64,000 nucleotides of DNA from Candidatus Doudnabacteria bacterium (lineage in GTDB: Bacteria; Patescibacteriota; Doudnabacteria; UBA920): NCBI GenBank assembly GCA_963837465.1, contig CAWINB010000001.1:297036-361035 (forward strand), in the 5' to 3' direction. Under the pieces are notes generated by a model that was given only the letters and a program-made list of their open reading frames with translations, made no database searches and was not told where the DNA came from. Positions within the stretch are counted from its first letter, which is position 1. Each line of letters opens with the position of its first letter. Shown here one piece after another: positions 8,068 through 16,124 of this stretch. Made by a program: the position numbers and the translations under genes.

Positions 8068-9997
8068 GCCTTCGCTAAAGCTACGGCCGGCTTACGCCAA
8101 AAGTAGATTTGTCGAAGTTTGGGAAAATATAAATCCAATCGTAAAAAAGGCTGCGCGCCAAAGTCAGACTAAGGCGGGCCAAAAAAAATTAACCGCCGAA
8201 AGGCGGTTTTAATATTTTAAAACGGATGGAGGGAATCGCCGTGATTAAAACTACAAGTTTTAAATCAACAACGATTCCGCTCCGATAAGCTACACACAGG
8301 TAATTTCACATTTACCGCTTGCACCTGCAGTAGAAAAAACCCCAGATGCGGGAGGATAAACGGGTGGATGAGAGCGTTACCTTTTTGGCTCCTGGAATTA
8401 AACTTTTAAGACACCATTAAGACAAAAAATCGCGGTTTAACCGGTTAATTTGCTTCAAGGTATACGTGTGTGTTGAAATTAAAATTTCAAACCACGCGTA
8501 TTACTTGAATGTTCCGATTTTGATTGGATTTTTTTTCAAAAAATCGCCGGTTAAAAAGAGCCAAAAAGGTAACGCTTGCCGGGTGGATTGTCCCTAGTAA
8601 AAATCTGGAAGGCCTGTTGGCGGAAGTGCAATCTGACTAATTGAGCCCTGGCATTTTTACTACGTTTTGGGTTCCTCTGCAGGCCTTGAAGCCTTGCAGC
8701 GGCTCGTTTTACCGCGAGACGCAATTGCGTCCTTGTTTGAGTTCTCTTGCGTTTGTTTTGGGTTGGCATTAATCCCTCCTTGGATCTGCATGCACCGGAT
8801 AAATAATCAGAGTGCTTATTTATCCACTGAATACAGAAAACCCCGCTCTTTGGGCGGGGAGGAATTTTCCAGTTTGTTGATATCCTAATTTCTAAATTTC
8901 CAACCCGCCCTTTTTGGCAATATTAATAACTACTCCGATAACGGAGATGTTAATTTTAATAATTTGGGCGGTTAAAGCATTCATAAAAAAGTTGGAAACA
9001 GCGGCCGGAGAGAAATCGTCGCTGTGAAATTAACATCCAATTATCTATAAAAAGGTGATGATGTATTTCACAGACGAAGCGACTTCTCCCGGCCTAAAGC
9101 TTGTGGCTATGCTTGGCGTACCCGGACGGGCACGCTTTACTGCAACTTGCAACATTGCAGCAATACAAAGCCGTTGGGGCTAAAGTTCAGAACTACCGGG
9201 ATTTTCCGTCAATACGGCGTTATCTCCTCTGAACATTAGCCAGGTTATTATGCTGACAAAGTAGGGCTGGTAAGCCCTCTAACCTTAAATGGTGAGCCAC
9301 TTTCAGGCCTTTGCCAGAAGAACCCCCGCTAGCCCATCATCAGGGTGAGGGTGCAAAGTTCGGCCTCTACAGCCATTCTCTTTACCCCTCCGGATAAACT
9401 AGGCTTCTTTAGGAGACGAAGACGCCTCCTGCGTATCGCCGCCCGTAGGTAGCGATAAGGGCTCCTCTTACGCATCTTTATTGTCCTCCATGGACTGGTT
9501 TATAGGGATCGTCGAATTGTCGACGGGCAGCTCTTACTTATCCCCTTACTGCTTGAGCTACAAATTTAGTCTAAGCAAGCTCTTTAGTCTATTTCTATTT
9601 TTTAGAGCGTAGTCCACCATAGCCTTCGGCGATGGTGGAATTTTTTAGGCTGAATTTGCAACCAACCAGCAGAGTAATTCTATCCGCCTGCGCCAAGGCT
9701 TCGGCGGATCATAACTATAAAAATAAAGTATTGTTTATGAAAAATACCCCTTACTCTAGGGGTATTTGGTATATCTTTAAAATCTTACTTGTTACCAACT
9801 ACCCCTTGTTTGAGCAATCCAAACTGCGCTCTTAGTAATTAAGAGCGGGCTAATAACTACGACGGGATTTTGATGGGAGTTGATCATTTATGACATGAAC
9901 CTACTTATTACTTACAGTATAAAGACTTTACAAGATCTGTCAAACAGAGTTTTCCACAAAAGGTAGGGTTATAGGGGTTAGGTTTTAGGGTTGGAGG
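8068..9997. other. About 1.9 kb without credible ORFs, rich in long hairpins; function unassigned
   Basis: Only three ORFs of at most 73 aa in six frames. Hairpins: 8372-8390 with 8557-8575 (19 nt), 8998-9095 (about 30-bp stem), two gccTTCGgc tetraloop hairpins at 9620-9700. No rRNA, RNase P or SRP signature found. Confidence 0.4.
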
Positions 9998-10138
9998 TCA
10001 AGATTTCTGTTCAAGGTTTTTTATCAAAACATAAAGCATTTTTTGGACTTCGGTTAGCAAACTTTCTGCTTTAGAGTATTCAGTATTATTATATAGATCT
10101 TTACTTATAACAATAAGTTGTTTAAAACCTTTCTCCAT
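9998..10138 (-). CDS. Mini-ORF (47 aa) with strong SD, flanked by about 45-bp imperfect inverted repeats
   Basis: ggaggtacaactATG; MEKGFKQLIVISKDLYNNTEYSKAESLLTEVQKMLYVLIKNLEQKS; inverted repeats 9961-10003 and 10141-10186 (ggtagggttatagg / cctataaccctacc). Confidence 0.3.
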   Translation of the reverse strand: MEKGFKQLIVISKDLYNNTEYSKAESLLTEVQKMLYVLIKNLEQKS

Positions 10139-10182
10139 AGTTGTACCTCCTATAACCCTACCACCCTAAAGCCCTACAACCC

Positions 10183-11151
10183 TTATACGGTTAAATAACC
10201 CCCATCCGCGGCGGCGCGTTCAGTTGCCATCTTGTGGACGATTTCGCTTAGTTCTTCTTCGCTGAAAAATTCTATGGTAATTTTGCCGCCCTGGCCCTGG
10301 CGCTGGATTTTTACCTGGGTGCCGAGTTTACCGCGCAGTTCGCTTTCCATAGCCAAAAGTTTTGGGTCGGGCGCGGCCGAATCCATTTGCCGTTTTTGGG
10401 TAAGTTCCCTAACTTTGGCTTCCACCTGGCGCACGTTTAAACCCTGCTCCATAACAATTTTGTACATCAACCTTATTTTTTCCGGGTCGTTCAAACCAAG
10501 CAGGGCCCGGGCGTGGCCCTCCATAATTTTACCCTCAATAACACCGCGCTGGATTTCCGCCGGCAAATTTAAAAGCCGCACGGTATTGGCCACGGCCGGA
10601 CGGCTCTTGCCGACTTTTTTGGCCACCTGGTCCTGCGTCAGGTTAAACGTTTTCATCAACCGATCGTAGGCTTGGGCTTCTTCAATGGGGTTTAATTCCT
10701 GCCGCTGGATATTTTCTATAAGCGCCACTTCCAGCTTGGTCTGGTCTACCATTGTCTGCTTGATGATGGCCGGGACTTTTTCCATCCCCGCCAGTTGCGA
10801 GGCGCGAAAGCGCCGCTCGCCGACAACCAATTCGTAGCCGACAGGCGTTACCGTAACAACCAAAGGTTGGATAACCCCGTGCTCTTTTATGGAATCAGCC
10901 AGCTCTTTTAAGGCGGAAGGATCAAAAGTTTTTCTGGGCTGGAACGGGTTGGGTGATATTTTGGCAACTTCTATTTCCTGAATCTGAGCGCCTTCGTAAG
11001 ACAGTTTTTCCGGCTGCGGCTCCTCGTCGGCGGCGGGTGGCGCGGACGGCGCCGCCGGCAAAAAAGTAAAAGCCGCCGTGCCTATTTGGGGTAAAGCTTC
11101 ACCATTTAAGGGCTGAATAGTAATGTTGGGTTGTTGGTTTGTTTCGTCCAT
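10183..11151 (-). CDS. parB: ParB/Spo0J-family partition protein (no parA adjacent)
   Basis: IQPLVVTVTPVGYELVVGERRFRASQLAG (ParB box); HTH KVGKSRPAVANTVRLL. Confidence 0.85.
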   Translation of the reverse strand: MDETNQQPNITIQPLNGEALPQIGTAAFTFLPAAPSAPPAADEEPQPEKLSYEGAQIQEIEVAKISPNPFQPRKTFDPSALKELADSIKEHGVIQPLVVTVTPVGYELVVGERRFRASQLAGMEKVPAIIKQTMVDQTKLEVALIENIQRQELNPIEEAQAYDRLMKTFNLTQDQVAKKVGKSRPAVANTVRLLNLPAEIQRGVIEGKIMEGHARALLGLNDPEKIRLMYKIVMEQGLNVRQVEAKVRELTQKRQMDSAAPDPKLLAMESELRGKLGTQVKIQRQGQGGKITIEFFSEEELSEIVHKMATERAAADGGYLTV

Positions 11152-11237
11152 CTTATGTTTTTTCAGGTTTTACTAAGTCTAAAAATTTTTTAACATCTTT
11201 TGAAATTCTTACATGGTAAACTTTTTGGCTATTAAAT

Positions 11238-11585
11238 CTATTTTATTGAATACACCTTATTATTCTTTATCCAGCCGGGTACATCAACTTCTTGGAAATA
11301 CTTGGTTCCTCCGACTTTCCAGCCTATGATTTCCGGCCAAAAATTAGAATAACAACTTACGTCTACACAATTATATTTTCTTTTAACTAAACCGACTTTA
11401 CTATTGGGAAATAAAGCTTGTAAAGAATTTTTAATTTTAATTATTAAATTGGGGTATTTAGTATCGCAGCTAATCCTTAACCTAACCGCTCTGCCGTTAG
11501 GATTGGAAAGGTTACCATCTCCTAAAGCTAAGCCAATCACATAAGCCTGTAATTTTTTATTTTTTATAAAACCCATCCTGATCAT
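11238..11585 (-). CDS. LAGLIDADG-family homing endonuclease (single-motif type, 115 aa)
   Basis: YVIGLALGDGNLS motif; small basic protein; starts 10 nt after the tRNA-Leu 3' end. Confidence 0.75.
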   Translation of the reverse strand: MIRMGFIKNKKLQAYVIGLALGDGNLSNPNGRAVRLRISCDTKYPNLIIKIKNSLQALFPNSKVGLVKRKYNCVDVSCYSNFWPEIIGWKVGGTKYFQEVDVPGWIKNNKVYSIK

Positions 11586-11594
11586 AAAAACTTA

Positions 11595-11679
11595 TGGTGC
11601 CGGAGGTGGGACTTGAACCCACAAGCCTTTCGGCGCGCGCTCTTGAGGCGCGTATGTTTGCCAATTTCATCACTCCGGC
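11595..11679 (-). tRNA. tRNA-Leu(CAA), class II, CCA encoded
   Basis: Acceptor gccggag/ctccggc; anticodon arm cgcgc-cuCAAga-gcgcg; variable arm ccgaaaggc; T tgggttcaagtccca; a-cca. Confidence 0.85.
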
Positions 11680-11704
11680 TTAGTTATTAAATTTATAACC
11701 TATT

Positions 11705-12262
11705 CTAAATTCTAACAAAATTCCATAAACGGGTAAAGAGCAAAGGACTAAGCCAAAAAACAACAATCAAAGCGGAAGCTATCCCAATAAACCAGCCTGC
11801 CAGAATATCGCTTACGTGGTGGTAACCTAAGACAATCCTGGCCGCGCCGTTTAGGACGGTGGCGACAATAGCCAAAATTCCCAGCAAGGGGAAAAATATA
11901 AAGCAGACTATGCTGATGGCCGAAAGCGCCGCGGCGTGGCCGGAAGGCATGGAATCGCGCTTTTTATGCAGCCAGGAAATAAACAATCTGGAGGCATAAG
12001 GGGAAAACTCCAGGCGCTGGTAGGGGCGGACAGTCTGAAAAAAATAATAAACGGCCTGGCAAAATACAAACCTTGCCAGCAAAAAAGCGGCAAAGGCTAA
12101 AATTGCCATTAGCCTAAAACCGGGGATAAAGAAAAAGACAATTCCGGCGTAAAAAAACGCCACGCAATAAATTCCCCAAAAAATCCAAAACCTGCGGAAA
12201 AATATTTTTTCCGCCAAACGTTTTTGCCAGGCTAAATAGTTTTGGTCCGATACCAGCATCAA
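11705..12262 (-). CDS. PAP2-family phosphatase (undecaprenyl-diphosphatase-like) membrane protein
   Basis: RPYQR, PSGHAA and GYHHVSD motifs (PAP2 KxxxxxxRP / PSGH / SRxxxxxHxxxD). Confidence 0.7.
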   Translation of the reverse strand: MMLVSDQNYLAWQKRLAEKIFFRRFWIFWGIYCVAFFYAGIVFFFIPGFRLMAILAFAAFLLARFVFCQAVYYFFQTVRPYQRLEFSPYASRLFISWLHKKRDSMPSGHAAALSAISIVCFIFFPLLGILAIVATVLNGAARIVLGYHHVSDILAGWFIGIASALIVVFWLSPLLFTRLWNFVRI

Positions 12263-12266
12263 AAAT

Positions 12267-13517
12267 TTATTCTATCCCGGGAACTGGAAACCCCAAAGAA
12301 AATTGCTTAACTTTTTCCTTTACTGCCCGCAGCTTAAACTCATCTCCACGGTTCATTAACGCCTCGTCAATTAAATCAGCGACTGTTCGCATATCCGCTT
12401 CTTTGCAGCCGCGGGTTGTCAGCGCGGGAGTTCCCAAGCGGATCCCGGAAGGATCCATGGGCTTTCGGGGATCAAAAGGAATCATATTTTTGTTGATGGA
12501 AATTCCGACATGTTCCAGAGTTTTTTCCGCCTCTTTGCCGGTAATTTGCTTGCTGCCGAACAAGTCCACAAGCATAAGATGATTATCGGTACCGCCGGAA
12601 ATAATCCTGTAGCCCTTGCTTTGCAAAGCGCCGGCCAAGCCTCGGGCGTTTTTTATAACTTGCCTGGAATAGTCAGCAAATTCCGGTTTTAAGGCTTCGG
12701 CAAAAGCAATTGCTTTTGCCGCGTTAATATGATCATGGGGACCGCCCTGGACTCCGGGAAAAACCGCTTTGTCAATTTGTGAAGCGAATTTTTGCTTGCA
12801 CATAATGACAGCGCCCCGGGGGCCGCGCAAAGTTTTGTGGGTAGTGGTTGAAACGACATCGCAGTAAGGCACCGGATTCTCCAGTTGTTTTCCGGCAATT
12901 AATCCGGCAATATGAGCGATGTCCGCGAATAAAAACGCGCCTGTCTTATCGGCGATTTCCCTAAACCTTTTCCATTCCAAATTCCGGCTGTAGGCCGAAA
13001 AACCGGCCAGAATCATTTTTGGTTTTTCACGCAAGGCAATTTCTTCCACCTCATCCATATCTATAATTTCTGTTTCCTTTTTTACAAAATAGGGAATTAT
13101 GGCGTAAAGCTTGCCCGAAAAATTTAAAGGATGCCCGTGCGACAAATGGCCTCCCTGGTCCAGGGAAAATCCCAAAACTTTATCGCCCGGGTTTAAAAGC
13201 CCCATATAAACGGCTAAATTAGCCGGGGAGCCGGAAAGCGGCTGGACATTTACGTGTTCGGCTCCAAATAACTCCTTGGCCCGGTTAACGGCTAATGTTT
13301 CAGCTTGGTCAATAATCTCGTTGCCGCCGTAGTATCTTTTGCCGGGATAGCCTTCAGAATATTTATTCGTCAAAATTGAGCCCATAGCCTCCAGCACGGG
13401 AACAGAAACGTAATTTTCCGAAGCTATCAACTCTATCCCCTCTTTTTGCCGTTGCTCTTCGCGTTTTATGATATCGTAAATTTTCGGGTCGTTTTTTTGA
13501 ATTTCTGGATAATTCAT
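12267..13517 (-). CDS. glyA: Serine hydroxymethyltransferase
   Basis: ENYVSVPVLEAMGS..., HLSHGHP...; PLP lysine context THKTLRGPRG; start probably MNYPEIQ (the track ORF extends to 13568). Confidence 0.9.
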   Translation of the reverse strand: MNYPEIQKNDPKIYDIIKREEQRQKEGIELIASENYVSVPVLEAMGSILTNKYSEGYPGKRYYGGNEIIDQAETLAVNRAKELFGAEHVNVQPLSGSPANLAVYMGLLNPGDKVLGFSLDQGGHLSHGHPLNFSGKLYAIIPYFVKKETEIIDMDEVEEIALREKPKMILAGFSAYSRNLEWKRFREIADKTGAFLFADIAHIAGLIAGKQLENPVPYCDVVSTTTHKTLRGPRGAVIMCKQKFASQIDKAVFPGVQGGPHDHINAAKAIAFAEALKPEFADYSRQVIKNARGLAGALQSKGYRIISGGTDNHLMLVDLFGSKQITGKEAEKTLEHVGISINKNMIPFDPRKPMDPSGIRLGTPALTTRGCKEADMRTVADLIDEALMNRGDEFKLRAVKEKVKQFSLGFPVPGIE

Positions 13518-13620
13518 TTTTAAATAAATTAATAATGTTGGAAAAAATGCGGTCGCGCTTTTTATCAACAGCGAAAGTTTTGAAACTTAATTTGTAATTT
13601 GGATTTCAGCATAATATTTG

Positions 13621-14130
13621 TTAAGCGAATTTATAAACGGAGAGCTCGCCGATTTTTTGCACAGGTTTGATATCCGGTAAAACAATCCTGTTGGTAATAA
13701 CCACGGCTCCCGGTTTTAATTCTTTTTGTAATTTGGCCCGCAGTTCCGGCATCAGTTCTTTGGGCAGATAAACATAAACAATATCGGCGGATGAAACATT
13801 GGCCTTAAAAATATTCTCTTTTTTAAAAACAACATTTTTTAAAAATACTCCGCTGGATTTTGCCAGGAAAGTCCTAAATCGGCTGTCATCTATGCCAAAA
13901 ATTTTCATAGTCGGCAACTCTTTGGCAATTTTTAAGGCAAAACCGCCGCGGCAACTGCCCAGATCGTAAAAAACCCCGCCGCGCAAACCAGTATCCTTTA
14001 CAATTTTAACGACTTGGTTAGCGGCCTCCCGGCTGGAACCCATATCATATTTACCCAAAGCCGAATCCAGCAGGAAAAACAAAAAAGCCGCTACTGCCAG
14101 GCCAATTACAATTGTAAACAATAAAAACAT
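13621..14130 (-). CDS. Membrane-anchored class I SAM-dependent methyltransferase-like protein
   Basis: N-terminal transmembrane helix; motif I VFYDLGSCRGGFAL. Confidence 0.5.
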   Translation of the reverse strand: MFLLFTIVIGLAVAAFLFFLLDSALGKYDMGSSREAANQVVKIVKDTGLRGGVFYDLGSCRGGFALKIAKELPTMKIFGIDDSRFRTFLAKSSGVFLKNVVFKKENIFKANVSSADIVYVYLPKELMPELRAKLQKELKPGAVVITNRIVLPDIKPVQKIGELSVYKFA

Positions 14131-14134
14131 CAGG

Positions 14135-15328
14135 CTATAAAAACATATACAACAGACTAAAACACGCCGCTAACATAAATAGTACCATAAAGGCGGAAGT
14201 TAGGCTAAAACCCAAGGCCAGAGCCAGGTTAAACAAAAACGAGCCGATTATTACGGATAAAATTTTGCCCACGGCCAGGGACTGTTCGTAAAAAACCACG
14301 TAGCGCATAATATGGGTTTCCTGGGCGCGCTGGTAGGTCAGGGTGGTCAGCGGGATGGAAACCAGGTCTTTGCCGGTGCGCGACAGCGAGTCGGCCGCGA
14401 ACACAGTATAAGGAGTCAGAGCTACGAGGCGGAACAGCCAGAATAAAAAATAAAAAAATGAGCCGACCTTGAGCAAAAAACGCTTATTATACATATCCGC
14501 CACTTTGCCAATATAAACCGCCAGGACCGTGGCAATAAAAGTCGCGATGGTTACAAGCAGGCCGCTCTTTTCGTAACTTCCCACAATAATAAAAATAAAT
14601 ACCGGCCAAACATTGAGCAAAATCATCTCCTCGCCAAAACCCAAATAACCCAAAAACTTTTTGGGGAAAGTTTTAAACAATTCCCAGGTGTGCCGGTAAT
14701 GGTAAGGCTTGGGCAAAAAAACTTCCTTTTGCAAAAACAGCGGCACAAAAGAGCAGGTGTAAATGGCCGAGGCAATTACAAAGGTAAGGCGGATGCCAAA
14801 ATGCTGGGACAACAGGCCGCCAAAAAACGGACCCGCGATGCTGGCCAAATTTATGATGGCGTAAAGCACGGAGTATTCGCGACCTCGTTGCTGGTTTTGG
14901 GCGAAACGGGAAACCGAGGCGTCAAAGGCCGGCCAGTAAAGGCTTTTGTTGATGCCGTAAAAAATCGGCGCCACCCACAGCAAGTGGTGATTATCCTGCC
15001 CGGCGTATAAAAAAACCCAGTAAAGGATTTGCGGGGGGATGGAAAACAAAATCCCGTGGGAATAGCCAAAGCGCGCGGCAATTTTTCCGCCAAAGACAAT
15101 ACCGACAAGGTAGACCAAATAGACAATGCCGTTAAACCACAAAATTTGCGGAATGGTTAAATGAATAACCGCGTACAGAAAAATCGGCTCAAAAATACTG
15201 ACAATGGTCAGGGCGAAATTGGCTATCCCCACCGAAGCGTAAAGCTCGCCGATTTCCCGGCGGAGCTTGGTGGTGAAGTAATGGCGAAAGTGGAAATCCG
15301 GGGACATAAATCGCGGTTTCGTATGCAC
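14135..15328 (-). CDS. MFS-type transporter
   Basis: About 12 predicted transmembrane helices, 397 aa. Confidence 0.6.
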   Translation of the reverse strand: MHTKPRFMSPDFHFRHYFTTKLRREIGELYASVGIANFALTIVSIFEPIFLYAVIHLTIPQILWFNGIVYLVYLVGIVFGGKIAARFGYSHGILFSIPPQILYWVFLYAGQDNHHLLWVAPIFYGINKSLYWPAFDASVSRFAQNQQRGREYSVLYAIINLASIAGPFFGGLLSQHFGIRLTFVIASAIYTCSFVPLFLQKEVFLPKPYHYRHTWELFKTFPKKFLGYLGFGEEMILLNVWPVFIFIIVGSYEKSGLLVTIATFIATVLAVYIGKVADMYNKRFLLKVGSFFYFLFWLFRLVALTPYTVFAADSLSRTGKDLVSIPLTTLTYQRAQETHIMRYVVFYEQSLAVGKILSVIIGSFLFNLALALGFSLTSAFMVLFMLAACFSLLYMFL

Positions 15329-15355
15329 TAGTGTACTAGTACACTAGTGCATACG
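15320..15355. repeat. 36-bp perfect palindrome, family C (core GTACTAGTAC)
   Basis: cgtatgcactagtgtactagtacactagtgcatacg; intergenic. Confidence 0.9.
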
Positions 15356-15364
15356 ATAAAGGAA

Positions 15365-16060
15365 TTATTTCAAAATTTTTATTATTTGTTTTTCGGATAT
15401 CGGCCCGGGACGTAAAATTTCAACCATCCGATCCTTTACCCGCAAAACCGTGGACGGTTTGTTTTTTGGCAATTTTCCCGCGTCAATAATTATGTCGGGT
15501 TTGAATTTTTTGTTCCCGAACTGGGTAACAATATCATTTGCGGAATAGCTATCGTAACCGCCGGATAAATGCAGCGATGGATTAGCGCTCGTTGCGGTTA
15601 TGGGCTGTTTTAAAAACTTTGCCAAGTCCATCGCAATTTGGTTATTTGGCATCCTCAGGCCGATCGAATTTGTACCGGCGGATAATTGTCGCGACGGCAC
15701 GCCCCGGCGTGCCGCTACCGGCAGCACTAACGTTAATGCCCCGGGCCAAAACTTTTTTGCCAGTTTACCGGCTGCCGAATTCCATCGCGCGATAGTTTTA
15801 GCATAAGCAACCGACGGCACGACAATATGCACAGGCTTGGTACTCTGTCGTTCCTTAATTTTATAAAGTTTTTTTATTGCCGCGGTGTTTGTGGCATCTG
15901 CCGCCAAGCCGTAACTGGTATCCGTAGGATAGGCCACAACCTTACCTTGTTTTAGCGCGGCCACGCAGGCATGGATAATTTTTTTATGGTATTTTTTTTC
16001 GTAATCAATAATAATCATTGGAGTAAGGGTGTGATTATGCCATCCCGGGATCCAAAACAT
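15365..16060 (-). CDS. tsaC: L-threonylcarbamoyladenylate synthase (YrdC/Sua5 domain)
   Basis: VVAYPTDTSYGLAADATN...KPVHIVVPS...; YrdC fold signature. Confidence 0.75.
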   Translation of the reverse strand: MFWIPGWHNHTLTPMIIIDYEKKYHKKIIHACVAALKQGKVVAYPTDTSYGLAADATNTAAIKKLYKIKERQSTKPVHIVVPSVAYAKTIARWNSAAGKLAKKFWPGALTLVLPVAARRGVPSRQLSAGTNSIGLRMPNNQIAMDLAKFLKQPITATSANPSLHLSGGYDSYSANDIVTQFGNKKFKPDIIIDAGKLPKNKPSTVLRVKDRMVEILRPGPISEKQIIKILK

Positions 16061-16124
16061 ATGCTCATGGCTGGATCCCGGATATTTCTCGGACGCACTC
16101 GAAATTCCGGGATGACACTAAAAC

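Noticed and set aside
8068-9997. rRNA (16S/23S/5S), RNase P RNA or SRP RNA in the ORF-free region
   Set aside because: Universal signature strings were not found on either strand: GTGCCAGCAGCCGCGGTAA, GGATTAGATACCC, GACGGAAAGACCC, AGGAAAGTCCGGGC, GTCAGGTCCGGAAGGAAGCAGC. Only partial chance matches were seen.
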